A stretch of 64,000 nt of DNA from Escherichia phage vB_Eco_F26. Made by a program: the position numbers and the translations under genes. Each line of letters opens with the position of its first letter. Within the stretch, counting starts at the first letter, position 1. The stretch is from sequence record OP870145.1, one strand, 5' to 3'. This document shows, in pieces, positions 20,501-29,905 of this stretch. Under the pieces are notes generated by a model. The model worked only from the letters and a program-made list of their open reading frames with translations. It was not told where the DNA came from and did no database searches.

Positions 20501-21409
20501 TTAAGATTTAAGTAAATCAACGATTTTAATTAACTTTTCACGCTCAGATTTAGCTTTACTACTCAATCCAGATAGTCTGAAAATTTCATCGTCATATTGT
20601 TGAATAGAAATATTCAGCTCTTCAATTTGCTTATTAAAATAATCAATTTGTTCAGAATGTTTTTCGTTACTACGAACTGGTACAGGTTTTGTAGGCAATT
20701 TAGTTGAACTGGATTCATCCGGGCGATAAATTAAAATACAACTTGAACCAATAGGGCATTTTGCACCAGATGAATATTCTAATGTTCCAGCTTCTTTTAA
20801 AACTTCAAAAGCCAAACAGAGATGATGCCCCATATTAACATAATCTGTAGAGCGAGCTCTGACGTAATAATCATCGCCGCGAATACTAAATTTAAAGCAT
20901 TTAAGGTCTTCTGTATTATTGGTCTTAAAAATCATTTGTTTATCTAGACCTTTAGCTAATCGAGCGCCTAATGCTAATAATCGTCGTTGATTTTCCCACA
21001 AATCTGCGATCATTTGGTCAAATGATAATTTCGGCATTAGTCGACCGTAAAGATCATAGCCTTTATTATAATTGCGAAGAATTTCACTTGCATTAATATG
21101 AGACAACGCTCCAATTTTATTAAGGGCTTTCATGATGCGATTAGATAAAAGCATTCCAGATCCGTTTGTTCGTTGTAAATGTTTTTCTAATCCAAATCCA
21201 ATATCAACTTTAAACTTATCTAAAATTTCGGCGTGAACATCTTTATCAATAACATTTAAATTTAGTACTGGGTTAAATTTATGAAAAAATTTATCTGACT
21301 CGTCGCGTTGAAGTACAGTCCATTCATTTGATTTTTTATTAACTAAAGATTTAATTACTGCATTGACATTATTAATTGCTACTGACATATTTTCCTCACT
21401 CAATTTCAA
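20501..21409 (-). CDS. Hypothetical protein, tandem paralog family member (most divergent)
   Basis: 302 aa; C-terminal coiled coil. Confidence 0.45.
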   Translation of the reverse strand: MKLSEENMSVAINNVNAVIKSLVNKKSNEWTVLQRDESDKFFHKFNPVLNLNVIDKDVHAEILDKFKVDIGFGLEKHLQRTNGSGMLLSNRIMKALNKIGALSHINASEILRNYNKGYDLYGRLMPKLSFDQMIADLWENQRRLLALGARLAKGLDKQMIFKTNNTEDLKCFKFSIRGDDYYVRARSTDYVNMGHHLCLAFEVLKEAGTLEYSSGAKCPIGSSCILIYRPDESSSTKLPTKPVPVRSNEKHSEQIDYFNKQIEELNISIQQYDDEIFRLSGLSSKAKSEREKLIKIVDLLKS

Positions 21410-21803
21410 TTTTACTAAATACGCAGAATATGATGGAAAAGACTATATAAGCACCGCATACAGATTGAACTAATACCATTCCAAAGAACCAAATAATATT
21501 ATCAAACAATGTCTGTTTTACGTCGAAAGGACGTAAACTTACAGTAATATTATCGCCTTTTTCTATTGAAGAATACATCTCTGGTGAAATATATTCACTA
21601 AATCTATAACCGTCATTTAGTTCATATACAGCAATAAACGATAAACTAGACCCCTTTCCTTGAGTTCCTGTAAGGGTATTAACTACAGTAACATCATAAT
21701 CTTTATAATGCATATAATCATTAATTGCGTAATAACCATATGCAATTACTATACATAAACAACATATCAATAAATTCAATCTTTTAATTATCAACTGTTT
21801 CAT
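21396..21803 (-). CDS. Predicted membrane protein
   Basis: 135 aa with N- and C-terminal hydrophobic helices. Confidence 0.45.
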   Translation of the reverse strand: MKQLIIKRLNLLICCLCIVIAYGYYAINDYMHYKDYDVTVVNTLTGTQGKGSSLSFIAVYELNDGYRFSEYISPEMYSSIEKGDNITVSLRPFDVKQTLFDNIIWFFGMVLVQSVCGAYIVFSIIFCVFSKIEIE

Positions 21804-21858
21804 AATAATCTCAATTAAAAGGGCTTAGAACCATTATACCATCCTTGGTATAAAGCGG

Positions 21859-22386
21859 TTATGCGAGTACCGTCTTTAACCGTTCTTCAAACTTCCGAAG
21901 AGTATTTTGGCGTTCAGCTCTTTGCTTTTTGTAAGTTTCAATACGCTCTGAAATGAGAGTGTATCGTTCATTTACTGATTCTTTCATAAAATCAGGAATT
22001 TCACGAGAAGCTTTAATCTCGTCAAATTTATCAATAACAGCTTGCTCTTCAGCAATTAAGTTATCATACATCAAAATATCTTTCTTGATGAACTCAATAT
22101 CTTCTTGAGTTACACGAGATAATTTAGATGCTTTATCCTTTTTGTACTGTTCGTTAGTATCACGAGACCAGTGTAATGTACGATTTTTATTCGTATTCTT
22201 GTAAATTTCTACAATACCAATCTCATCAATAATAACGATCCAATTCCAACGGGATTTGTAAATTTGTCCTCCATCAACAGTGATTTCACCTCCGATTGAG
22301 ATGTCATTAAAGAACTTGCTTTGTGCTTCAGATTTAAATTTACCATCGTTGTAATTTACCAAGTTGAAAATATCTTTAGCGTTCAT
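21859..22386 (-). CDS. Hypothetical protein
   Basis: 175-aa ORF downstream of an early promoter. Confidence 0.5.
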   Translation of the reverse strand: MNAKDIFNLVNYNDGKFKSEAQSKFFNDISIGGEITVDGGQIYKSRWNWIVIIDEIGIVEIYKNTNKNRTLHWSRDTNEQYKKDKASKLSRVTQEDIEFIKKDILMYDNLIAEEQAVIDKFDEIKASREIPDFMKESVNERYTLISERIETYKKQRAERQNTLRKFEERLKTVLA

Positions 22387-22414
22387 TTTGTGTTCCTCCG
22401 TAGTTGATAGTTGT

Positions 22415-22444
22415 ATAGTACCACAGAGGAACGGTCTTGTAAAC
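22415..22444 (-). promoter_or_regulatory. Early promoter (-35 GTTTAC / -10 TACTAT) within a conserved module tagttgatagttgtatagtaccac
   Basis: One of five copies of this module (also near 24551, 28123, 38181, 38531). Confidence 0.55.
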
Positions 22445-22446
22445 CA

Positions 22447-22761
22447 CTAAAAGAAACTTCTTTCACAATTTTTTCCACTGAACCACGCGCTCACTGCTTT
22501 CTTAGTCTCAGGAGCAGTGTTATCCATAAACCATTCAAAGGCAGCCTTTTTATGATTCTGGAGGGCTTCTCGAGCTTTAATCTGCTCACGGTCTATTAAC
22601 ACTAACATATGAGCCTTTCTTGTCACCAAGGGCTTCTTATGATTCTTGGAGTATTCCCAGTCATTTGTCCATCGCATCGTTGTTGCGAATTGAAGTACAG
22701 CTTCTTTAATTTTAGTTTCGTAAATTTCACGAGCCTTTGAGTATAACATCATTACCTCCAT
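22447..22761 (-). CDS. Hypothetical protein
   Basis: 104-aa ORF. Confidence 0.45.
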   Translation of the reverse strand: MEVMMLYSKAREIYETKIKEAVLQFATTMRWTNDWEYSKNHKKPLVTRKAHMLVLIDREQIKAREALQNHKKAAFEWFMDNTAPETKKAVSAWFSGKNCERSFF

Positions 22762-22831
22762 TTACCAGTTTAATTCTAGTCATCTTTTTAATGGCAGTCC
22801 ATATAATCTATTTCTGAACTTCCTTTTTGTC

Positions 22832-23551
22832 TTAGGATTCTTCTAAATGTCTTTTCTGAAAAGTTGATACCATACTACGATACGGTTCATTTGGATATCC
22901 GTGTTTTATAGCTTCCTTTGTAAATTTTCTCCATCCATATTTAGTTTCTTTCCAAAGCTCGAATAATTCATCTTCATACTGCCATATAGTTAAATGAGAA
23001 CGCTTTGCAGCTTTAATTCCATTAATATGCTTTTCTTTTACTGTAGGATTGCTTAGTTTCTTTTTAATAATATTACTAACTTTTCTAACAAAAACTGGGT
23101 CCTTATATCGTTGCGAAGTTTTTATTGAAGTGTTTAATTTAGCTTCCGGCGTGGATGTGACCTCTTTCATCTTTTTCTTCATATGCTGTATATGATTAGG
23201 ATTTTTCCATAAATTTATAGAATGCTTTTTGCATTTTATCCTAGTTTCATCTGCAACCTTTCCTCCTTCACCCCCGTATGACAGGTTAACACAGTTTTTT
23301 CCATATTTCAATTTACCTGCCATGATATATAATATTTCAGCTTGTACCATTTTATCATAATTATCAAAAACTTCTAAAACCGTTTTTGATAATATGTGGT
23401 CATTTGACACTTTTACACGTTCTATATAATTTCCACTACCAACATACGAATCATTGATGTTATTAGTTATATGTCGACCATAATAGTATTTCTTAATACC
23501 TGTCTTTAAATTTAATATTTCAGTTTTATAGATAGTAAAATATTTTTTCAT
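22832..23551 (-). CDS. GIY-YIG homing-endonuclease-like protein (free-standing)
   Basis: 239 aa; YFTIYKTEILNLKTGIKKYYYGRH...GSG GIY-YIG module; basic C-terminus. Confidence 0.6.
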   Translation of the reverse strand: MKKYFTIYKTEILNLKTGIKKYYYGRHITNNINDSYVGSGNYIERVKVSNDHILSKTVLEVFDNYDKMVQAEILYIMAGKLKYGKNCVNLSYGGEGGKVADETRIKCKKHSINLWKNPNHIQHMKKKMKEVTSTPEAKLNTSIKTSQRYKDPVFVRKVSNIIKKKLSNPTVKEKHINGIKAAKRSHLTIWQYEDELFELWKETKYGWRKFTKEAIKHGYPNEPYRSMVSTFQKRHLEES

Positions 23552-24528
23552 TTTAATAATACCGTTTCAGCAATTTCTTCCCAATGGTTTTTGTCGGTCA
23601 TAATAAAGTCAGCAAGATAAAGAGCAGTACGCAGTGAAACATTGCGTAAACGATTAACATTGACTTTCATCCATGATAATGCTTTATAAGTTTCTTCATC
23701 AGAAAGACCGCGCTTTTGCATCATGTCAGTTGAAAGAATAACATCTTCAACCCTGACCATAATTTCTTCATTAGTGTGAACACCCAAATCCAAATAAACT
23801 GAGCGGGACACTAATGCTTGTAAATGTGGAGCAAGTTTAGTACCACGGTCTAATTCGCGGTCAATATCAACGTTTGTGATAAAAACAATCGTTCCTTTAA
23901 ATTCAAACTCACGCTCAATGCCTTTTTCTTCTAAGTAAGAAGATGCAGTGCTCCAGCAGACTTTACGGGTCTCTCCAGTGTCCAGAGCAGCTTTCAGAAG
24001 ATTAAGAATGTCCATATCAGAGAAAACATCCACATCATCAATCAAAAGGACAGAATTCTCTTCACGATTATTCCAAAGCTGTTCATAAAGACCGATACCA
24101 GAGATTTTACCATTAATGCTTTTATACTCAATGTATCCAATATCATTTGCTTTATTCAAAGCTTTATCTAAAGAATACGTTTTACCAATACCTGCCGCAC
24201 CAGAGATAATTAATGAACGAATGTTTCCGTTAATAATACCATTCGTCATCATTCCCATAACATTAAATCTTTTATTAATGCGGGTTTTCATATCTTCATA
24301 TGATTCTTTAACTTCTTCAACTTTTACACCATCATATGAAATGTCTGATTTGTAAACCCAAACACCGCGACGCTTACCGTCAATTTCAACAAAAACTTTA
24401 CCATCTCCTTGTGCATCTACCGGAGCATTATCTGGGAACCATTCGCCTAAGAGCTCAAAAGTTCCAGAGATTTCTTTACCGAAGTAGATACCCTTATTGA
24501 TAGTTACAGTTTTCATTTTATTCTCCAA
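23548..24528 (-). CDS. AAA+/P-loop ATPase
   Basis: 326 aa; Walker A GAAGIGKT, Walker B LLIDDVD. Confidence 0.6.
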   Translation of the reverse strand: MENKMKTVTINKGIYFGKEISGTFELLGEWFPDNAPVDAQGDGKVFVEIDGKRRGVWVYKSDISYDGVKVEEVKESYEDMKTRINKRFNVMGMMTNGIINGNIRSLIISGAAGIGKTYSLDKALNKANDIGYIEYKSINGKISGIGLYEQLWNNREENSVLLIDDVDVFSDMDILNLLKAALDTGETRKVCWSTASSYLEEKGIEREFEFKGTIVFITNVDIDRELDRGTKLAPHLQALVSRSVYLDLGVHTNEEIMVRVEDVILSTDMMQKRGLSDEETYKALSWMKVNVNRLRNVSLRTALYLADFIMTDKNHWEEIAETVLLK

Positions 24529-24550
24529 ATCTGTATCAGTTGATAGTTGT

Positions 24551-24580
24551 ATAGTACCATAAAGCTTTATGCTTGTAAAC
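24551..24580 (-). promoter_or_regulatory. Early promoter (-35 GTTTAC / -10 TACTAT) with upstream A/T element
   Basis: Conserved module; upstream of the ATPase ORF. Confidence 0.55.
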
Positions 24581-24610
24581 AGTTTTGTGAAAAAATTTTG
24601 AAATAAAAAA

Positions 24611-24628
24611 GGGAGCCCGAAGGCTCCC
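24611..24628 (-). terminator. Stem-loop GGGAGCCCGAAGGCTCCC
   Basis: Perfect 7-bp stem, CGAA loop, directly downstream of ORF 24631-25644. Confidence 0.5.
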
Positions 24629-24630
24629 TA

Positions 24631-25644
24631 TCATTTATAATAACTTCGGTGGTTTTCAAGATAGACCTTCTCAAGGAAGTCATCCCAGAAACTCATGTCT
24701 ACTTTTTGTTGCATACCATTCTTAGAAGCTTCAGTAGATGCTGCTTCTACTTGATCGACCACATCTTCCAAAAACTCTTGAACTGTTTTAAATGGATGTT
24801 TACCCAACTTCACGTCGAGAATAAATGGAGCATCTTGGAGTGGATAAATCAAGTCGCCAGTTTTGTAAATTTCCAATAGTTGAAGTCCACCACGACAAGC
24901 ATGACTTAGTGCTTTCCAGTCAATACCTTCATTGGCTTCGGCCTTACGAGCGCGTTCACCATATTCAGCATCTAATTTGTTCAGTGACTGCTTAAGCTCA
25001 ATAAGAGAAAGAGTTGTCTGATATTTACGACCCAACACAGTGTAGAACGTTTGTGGGCCTGTTTTCTCATGATTATGGAACACCCATTCACAGAATTCGT
25101 TTTCTGGAAGACGATGCTTAATATCTTCAACTTTAGTACGACGCTGCTTAATGGAACCGTCTTCTTGGTAATCAACCCATTGCTCGGGGATTTGATTAAC
25201 TACTTTCAATACATCGCGTAATGCAGCCAAACGAGAACCCTTGACACCGTATTTAGAAGCTTGCTTGCGGACATATCCTAAATAGGATTTCATGTTAGTC
25301 GTATAAAAACGAGAACGGTTGTCTTGAATAAACTTCCACACATCAGGCAAATCGGATTTAACCACTAGTTCAGGTGGAGTGTGAAGCATATCCAACGCTA
25401 CAGTTTCACCATCTGCTGCTAATTTAAAGAAATACTTAAGACTGTATAGTTCATGGTCAATATCATCTTTAGTGTTTTTAGATGATGTGTTGTTAGTGTT
25501 TTTACTCATGTGCTCTTTGACATTTCCGATAAGAATATCGCGAGCAGGAGGAACAAAGATTTCTTTAAAATCTACATCAGATTCTGGGGTAGAAGTTCCA
25601 TAAAGATGACTACCAAAATAGCTTTTCATTACTGTTTTCATCAT
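24631..25644 (-). CDS. Predicted nucleotidyltransferase-fold protein (Pol-beta superfamily)
   Basis: 337 aa; N-terminal GS-x-LYGT-x5-SDVD motif typical of the NTase fold. Confidence 0.5.
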   Translation of the reverse strand: MMKTVMKSYFGSHLYGTSTPESDVDFKEIFVPPARDILIGNVKEHMSKNTNNTSSKNTKDDIDHELYSLKYFFKLAADGETVALDMLHTPPELVVKSDLPDVWKFIQDNRSRFYTTNMKSYLGYVRKQASKYGVKGSRLAALRDVLKVVNQIPEQWVDYQEDGSIKQRRTKVEDIKHRLPENEFCEWVFHNHEKTGPQTFYTVLGRKYQTTLSLIELKQSLNKLDAEYGERARKAEANEGIDWKALSHACRGGLQLLEIYKTGDLIYPLQDAPFILDVKLGKHPFKTVQEFLEDVVDQVEAASTEASKNGMQQKVDMSFWDDFLEKVYLENHRSYYK

Positions 25645-26102
25645 TCAGCCTTATATTCAATAACAGGACATACTTTAGCTTTACGAGCTTTTAAAAATTC
25701 GACGATAATCGATTTCTTGGGTTGAATAGGAGGTAAACCTTTATACGCCCTATCAATATTTTCTACGTGTAAAGCATAATCCTTTTTCCATTTATAATCT
25801 TTATATTTTTCACGCAAATGTGCAGGAATAACAAATGAACTGATAATAAGTAAAACAACCAAAAGCGCAAGTATAAATGCTGATGGAAGCAAAGTCCATA
25901 AACTACCAAAAATAATCCAACGTTGTAGGCTTTCTGCACAAATAATTGTTAGCCCTACGAGTATAGCACATCCAAAAATAGAAACGAAAAATGTAGGAAT
26001 GGCAATAGACCAAAAATATGCGCACAGTGTCTTAGGTCGTTGCCATTCATCGTTAAACATTTTGAATAATTTATAGTGCCAAGAGTTTTCATTAATAATC
26101 AT
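25641..26102 (-). CDS. Predicted membrane protein
   Basis: 153 aa with 3-4 hydrophobic helices. Confidence 0.45.
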   Translation of the reverse strand: MIINENSWHYKLFKMFNDEWQRPKTLCAYFWSIAIPTFFVSIFGCAILVGLTIICAESLQRWIIFGSLWTLLPSAFILALLVVLLIISSFVIPAHLREKYKDYKWKKDYALHVENIDRAYKGLPPIQPKKSIIVEFLKARKAKVCPVIEYKAE

Positions 26103-26104
26103 AA

Positions 26105-26626
26105 TTATCCTTTCATTGAAGGCGTAACAGTTGTTAAATACTTAATCATAGCTTCAGCTTCTGATTTTGATAGTGAAATTTCTTCACCGTTTTGGCGAAT
26201 AGAAACAAAATCTGGATGACGATCACCACCAGCTTTTAAAACACACATATAAGTATCAGCTTCGCCTTCAATATTTGAAATGATTGAAGCAGTTCCACAT
26301 GAATGCGGTTTTTGATAAATCAATACAGCTTTTCTTCCACCATTTGACTGTTCATAGGCTTTTAATACATCAAGCAAATCAGTTCTTTTATCAATAGCTA
26401 AGATGTTATTTTCATCTTCAATATTAAATCCTTCGGATACTTCATAAAGAGTTACCCATAAATCACCGATGTCAATAACAGCATTTACTTTTCCACGGCT
26501 TTCAAGAGTATGACAAATTTTCTTGATTTCGTCATAACTCATTTTAATAATATCATCTCCTTGAATAAGAAAGATGTCATTTTTAAATTCAACACGAATT
26601 AAACCACTTTCACTTGAAATAAACAT
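26105..26626 (-). CDS. Hypothetical protein, paralog of the adjacent upstream ORF
   Basis: 173 aa; shares GFNIE and ...EA-A-KYL-V-P-M C-terminal motifs with ORF 26633-27178. Confidence 0.45.
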   Translation of the reverse strand: MFISSESGLIRVEFKNDIFLIQGDDIIKMSYDEIKKICHTLESRGKVNAVIDIGDLWVTLYEVSEGFNIEDENNILAIDKRTDLLDVLKAYEQSNGGRKAVLIYQKPHSCGTASIISNIEGEADTYMCVLKAGGDRHPDFVSIRQNGEEISLSKSEAEAMIKYLTTVTPSMKG

Positions 26627-26632
26627 ATTTCC

Positions 26633-27178
26633 TCACTTTGAAATCATAGTTGGAATGACAGAATCAAGATAAGTCTTTAGCGCAATAGCTTCGTCTTTGG
26701 TAAATGTGACAATATGTGCTCGAAAATCATCAATTTGACGAATAGTTAAGACATCTCCATCTTCATAACATTTTGATACGTTTAAAACAGTTTCATCATT
26801 CTGATTGCAAGCGTTAGTAATAATAGCATTGCAATTTTTAAACCATTTTAAACTATGTTTTCTTTCATTAGAATAATAAAAATATTTAATCTTATCTATA
26901 AAACTATCCCAATGGATAACTGATAAGCATATTGACTCGCTTTCAATATTAAATCCTGGGCATGAAGAATAAAAATGAATTTTATGCTCATCATTAATGC
27001 TTACAATTTTATCAGTATAAGGATTTTCAATTTTGGTTAAATGAATGATTTCACTAGGCGTAAAATACAGCATATCGTCTTCTTGTGTCAAACGATACAT
27101 ATTATTTACTTTTTCTATAGCCAATTCACCAAAAAGTGAACTAACTTCTAATACTAATCGTTTCGCCGCTACCGTCAT
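26633..27178 (-). CDS. Hypothetical protein, paralog of the adjacent downstream ORF
   Basis: 181-aa ORF. Confidence 0.45.
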   Translation of the reverse strand: MTVAAKRLVLEVSSLFGELAIEKVNNMYRLTQEDDMLYFTPSEIIHLTKIENPYTDKIVSINDEHKIHFYSSCPGFNIESESICLSVIHWDSFIDKIKYFYYSNERKHSLKWFKNCNAIITNACNQNDETVLNVSKCYEDGDVLTIRQIDDFRAHIVTFTKDEAIALKTYLDSVIPTMISK

Positions 27179-27310
27179 TACATACTCCTCTGAATCATAT
27201 CAATAATGTTGTTCACCAGATTATAAGTAAACATTGGGTAATTATATTGAATCACCACATACACAACAAGCAAAACTTTCATTCTCTTCTCCTTGGCAGT
27301 TGACAAGATT

Positions 27311-27340
27311 ACTATACCATAACCTTGCCAACTTGTAAAC
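27311..27340 (-). promoter_or_regulatory. Early promoter (-35 GTTTAC / -10 TATAGT)
   Basis: Minus strand GTTTACaagttggcaaggttatggTATAGT. Confidence 0.5.
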
Positions 27341-27342
27341 CA

Positions 27343-27516
27343 TTAAATGACGTTTTCAATAAAATTCTGAAGCTTTGTGTGAGCATCAACCATGATTTTC
27401 ATTTCTTCCTTTGCGAAAGCTGTACCTCTTTCCCGAGCAGAATACTCATAGTCAGAAACTGCATTAGCATATTCTTCAATTAGCTTCATTAAAAACATCT
27501 GCTTTTCAGTTTTCAT
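27343..27516 (-). CDS. Small hypothetical protein (57 aa, below ORF-track threshold)
   Basis: Hand translation MKTEKQMFLMKLIEEYANAVSDYEYSAREREGT...; co-oriented. Confidence 0.3.
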   Translation of the reverse strand: MKTEKQMFLMKLIEEYANAVSDYEYSARERGTAFAKEEMKIMVDAHTKLQNFIENVI

Positions 27517-27700
27517 TATTCCACCTAATCATTTCAAGATATTGAACTAACTTAGCTTTAGATTTATCCAAATCCTTTTTAGCTGCTTCTATACCGTCGT
27601 ATGAATATCCTTCACAATGCTCAACTGCTAATTGATATGAATCTATTTCAATATCACGTGCTAATTTAATGATTTTTTCAAACTGTTCGAGTGTTAGCAT
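27506..27700 (-). CDS. Hypothetical small protein
   Basis: 64-aa ORF. Confidence 0.4.
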   Translation of the reverse strand: MLTLEQFEKIIKLARDIEIDSYQLAVEHCEGYSYDGIEAAKKDLDKSKAKLVQYLEMIRWNNEN

Positions 27701-27702
27701 AA

Positions 27703-27942
27703 TTAAACTCTCGTATTATGATCGATAATTTCATCAAGAAACATATCTAACGCTTCTAAAGCATTATCAACTTTAGTTTCAAAGTCTTTAATGCCTTTAT
27801 TCGAAATACCCGATGAATACCAAGCAAAGTCAATCAGCTCTTCATCTGCTTTACGAATTGAAGCCACTAATTCCTTGATTTTATCTGCTTGCTCTATACT
27901 AATCATTATTCCACCACATATGACAGAGAGAATATTGCACAC
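27703..27942 (-). CDS. Hypothetical small protein
   Basis: 79-aa ORF. Confidence 0.4.
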   Translation of the reverse strand: MCNILSVICGGIMISIEQADKIKELVASIRKADEELIDFAWYSSGISNKGIKDFETKVDNALEALDMFLDEIIDHNTRV

Positions 27943-28139
27943 GCCATATGCGTTGCAGCTTCATCACACATATTATAACGTTTCTTCAAAACTTCAACAA
28001 GTTCTTCACTAGTAACTTCATCCATGTTGACGAAAAAATCACCATTAATGATGACGTAGATATTTCCTTCTTGATTGAGTGCTTCAATTTTCATGATGTT
28101 CTCCTCTTTATCCGATAGTTGTATAGTACCACAGCTCAA
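27906..28139 (-). CDS. Hypothetical small protein
   Basis: 77-aa ORF downstream of an early promoter. Confidence 0.4.
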   Translation of the reverse strand: MSCGTIQLSDKEENIMKIEALNQEGNIYVIINGDFFVNMDEVTSEELVEVLKKRYNMCDEAATHMACAIFSLSYVVE

Positions 28140-28152
28140 ACGGAAAGTAAAC
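28123..28152 (-). promoter_or_regulatory. Early promoter (-35 GTTTAC / -10 TACTAT), conserved module
   Basis: Minus strand GTTTACtttccgtttgagctgtggTACTAT. Confidence 0.55.
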
Positions 28153-28167
28153 CGGTAAAATGAAAAA

Positions 28168-28185
28168 AGTCTCCCGAAGGAGACT
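28168..28185 (-). terminator. Stem-loop AGTCTCCCGAAGGAGACT
   Basis: Perfect hairpin downstream of ORF 28190-28576. Confidence 0.45.
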
Positions 28186-28189
28186 AATG

Positions 28190-28576
28190 TTATTCGAGGG
28201 AAAGAAGATACTTACTCTGGTAAAACATTCCAGTAATATCATCTATCGTGCTTTGGATGGCTGGAGGCATTTCTTTATAAATGCTGTTAGATTGGTCTAG
28301 TATGCGATCAATCATTTTAATTGTGTCGGTAGGAAGTTTACTGGCATCTGGAATTGAAGGTGTGTATTTTCTACCAGAATACCCCAAATATTGCTCACCA
28401 AATTTATCAATCAAATCTGGCAACTCGGAGAAAATAAAATCGTATGCTTTGTGTCTAGCATAACTTTTAGTTTCAAAATGTGCAGAATGAAAATAAGCTT
28501 GTGCAGCCATTAATAAACCTAAGTATTCATCTGCCTTTGAAGGTTTTCCACTTTGTGAAAAGTCGCTGAATTTCAT
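28190..28576 (-). CDS. Hypothetical protein
   Basis: 128-aa ORF immediately downstream of rI. Confidence 0.45.
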   Translation of the reverse strand: MKFSDFSQSGKPSKADEYLGLLMAAQAYFHSAHFETKSYARHKAYDFIFSELPDLIDKFGEQYLGYSGRKYTPSIPDASKLPTDTIKMIDRILDQSNSIYKEMPPAIQSTIDDITGMFYQSKYLLSLE

Positions 28577-28866
28577 TCAGTCTCCAATTTAATGTTCATA
28601 ATTCTAGCGTATGATTGTGCCATCTCCGCGCCTCGCTCTATACATTCAAAATCAGAAGAGCACGGGTCATTTTTATAAGTCGTTCGCATAAAACTATAGA
28701 ACTGTTCAGATGATTCTACGCTTTTATTTTCAAAAAGCATATAAACGTGTCTAATACCAGATTCCATAAATTTATCAAAATGAGGATCGACATTCGCTTC
28801 AATCGGTGGAGACAAAGCAAATGCTAATCCTAGCATGGCAAATAGTGCCGTTGCTTTTAAGGCCAT
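28573..28866 (-). CDS. rI: Lysis-inhibition regulator RI (periplasmic antiholin)
   Basis: 97 aa; MALKATALFAMLGLAFALSPPIEANVDPHFDKFMESGIRHVYMLFENKS... matches recalled T4 RI. Confidence 0.93.
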   Translation of the reverse strand: MALKATALFAMLGLAFALSPPIEANVDPHFDKFMESGIRHVYMLFENKSVESSEQFYSFMRTTYKNDPCSSDFECIERGAEMAQSYARIMNIKLETE

Positions 28867-28878
28867 AAAGGCCTCCTA

Positions 28879-29091
28879 TCATTTTTGTCCTGTATTTACT
28901 TTATGCCGATGCACGGCCTTAACTTTATCAAGGTATTTTTCAAAATTTCGCAATCTAGTATAGTCTGCCGGAGATTGGTTGAGTGATACTTCTCGACGCA
29001 AAGCTGAAATGATATTTCCAACTTCCCTACGAATTTCATCTAATTGAAGAACAGTAAGATTGCGAAGTTGCTTTTCAGTTAATTGTAGCAT
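28879..29091 (-). CDS. Hypothetical small protein
   Basis: 70-aa ORF. Confidence 0.4.
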
Positions 29092-29133
29092 ATATACCCC
29101 TTTAGTTAGATAAACCTATTTATAACTTTTGCA

Positions 29134-29715
29134 CTAACCGAGCTTTTTAGTTAATTCATTCCAATGTTTTCTGCACAAAGAAACATAAATTTCATCACCA
29201 ATACAGATTTGATTACCTTCTTTAACTGGTGTTCCATCTTCCATTAATCGAGCTGTCATAATAGCTTTTTTACCACAATGACAAACTGCTTTTAGTTCAA
29301 TAAGTTTATCTGCAATCGCCAAAAGTTCTTTAGAACCTTCAAATAATTTTCCAGCGAAATCAGTCCTTAATCCATAAGCCATAACAGGAACATTATATGT
29401 ATCAACAATTCGACTTAATTGATGCACTTGTTCAGTTTTTAAAAACTGAGCTTCATCTACAAATACGCAATGAATATCTTTTTGTGCTTCAGCCCATTTA
29501 TAGAACTCGAAAATATCCATATCATCTGTAATAATATTCGCTTCCTGTTTAATTCCAATGCGAGAAACAACTTCACAGACAGAATCGCGAGTATCAATAG
29601 CAGGCTTAAGAACTAATACACTCATTCCACGTTCTTTATAATTATGTGCAGCAGTCAAAAGAGAAGCAGATTTTCCAGCATTCATTGCTGCATAAGTAAA
29701 AATTAAACTCGCCAT
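29134..29715 (-). CDS. tk: Thymidine kinase
   Basis: 193 aa; P-loop AMNAGKS and C-terminal Cys motifs of type II thymidine kinase; matches recalled T4 Tk. Confidence 0.93.
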   Translation of the reverse strand: MASLIFTYAAMNAGKSASLLTAAHNYKERGMSVLVLKPAIDTRDSVCEVVSRIGIKQEANIITDDMDIFEFYKWAEAQKDIHCVFVDEAQFLKTEQVHQLSRIVDTYNVPVMAYGLRTDFAGKLFEGSKELLAIADKLIELKAVCHCGKKAIMTARLMEDGTPVKEGNQICIGDEIYVSLCRKHWNELTKKLG

Positions 29716-29716
29716 C

Positions 29717-29905
29717 TTAGTCCTTAGTTAAATTTTCTAAATATGTTTTTAAATCATTTTCAGCTTTATCGATAGATTTTACTAATTCGTAATATGTTTC
29801 GGCATCTCCATATTCAGAAGATATTTCAAAAGACAAATCCTTTTCTAAACTAATAATTTCACCAACTAAAAATAATATTTCGTTCTTTTGTTCGCGAGTA
29901 ATCAT
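29717..29905 (-). CDS. Hypothetical small protein
   Basis: 62-aa ORF. Confidence 0.4.
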   Translation of the reverse strand: MITREQKNEILFLVGEIISLEKDLSFEISSEYGDAETYYELVKSIDKAENDLKTYLENLTKD

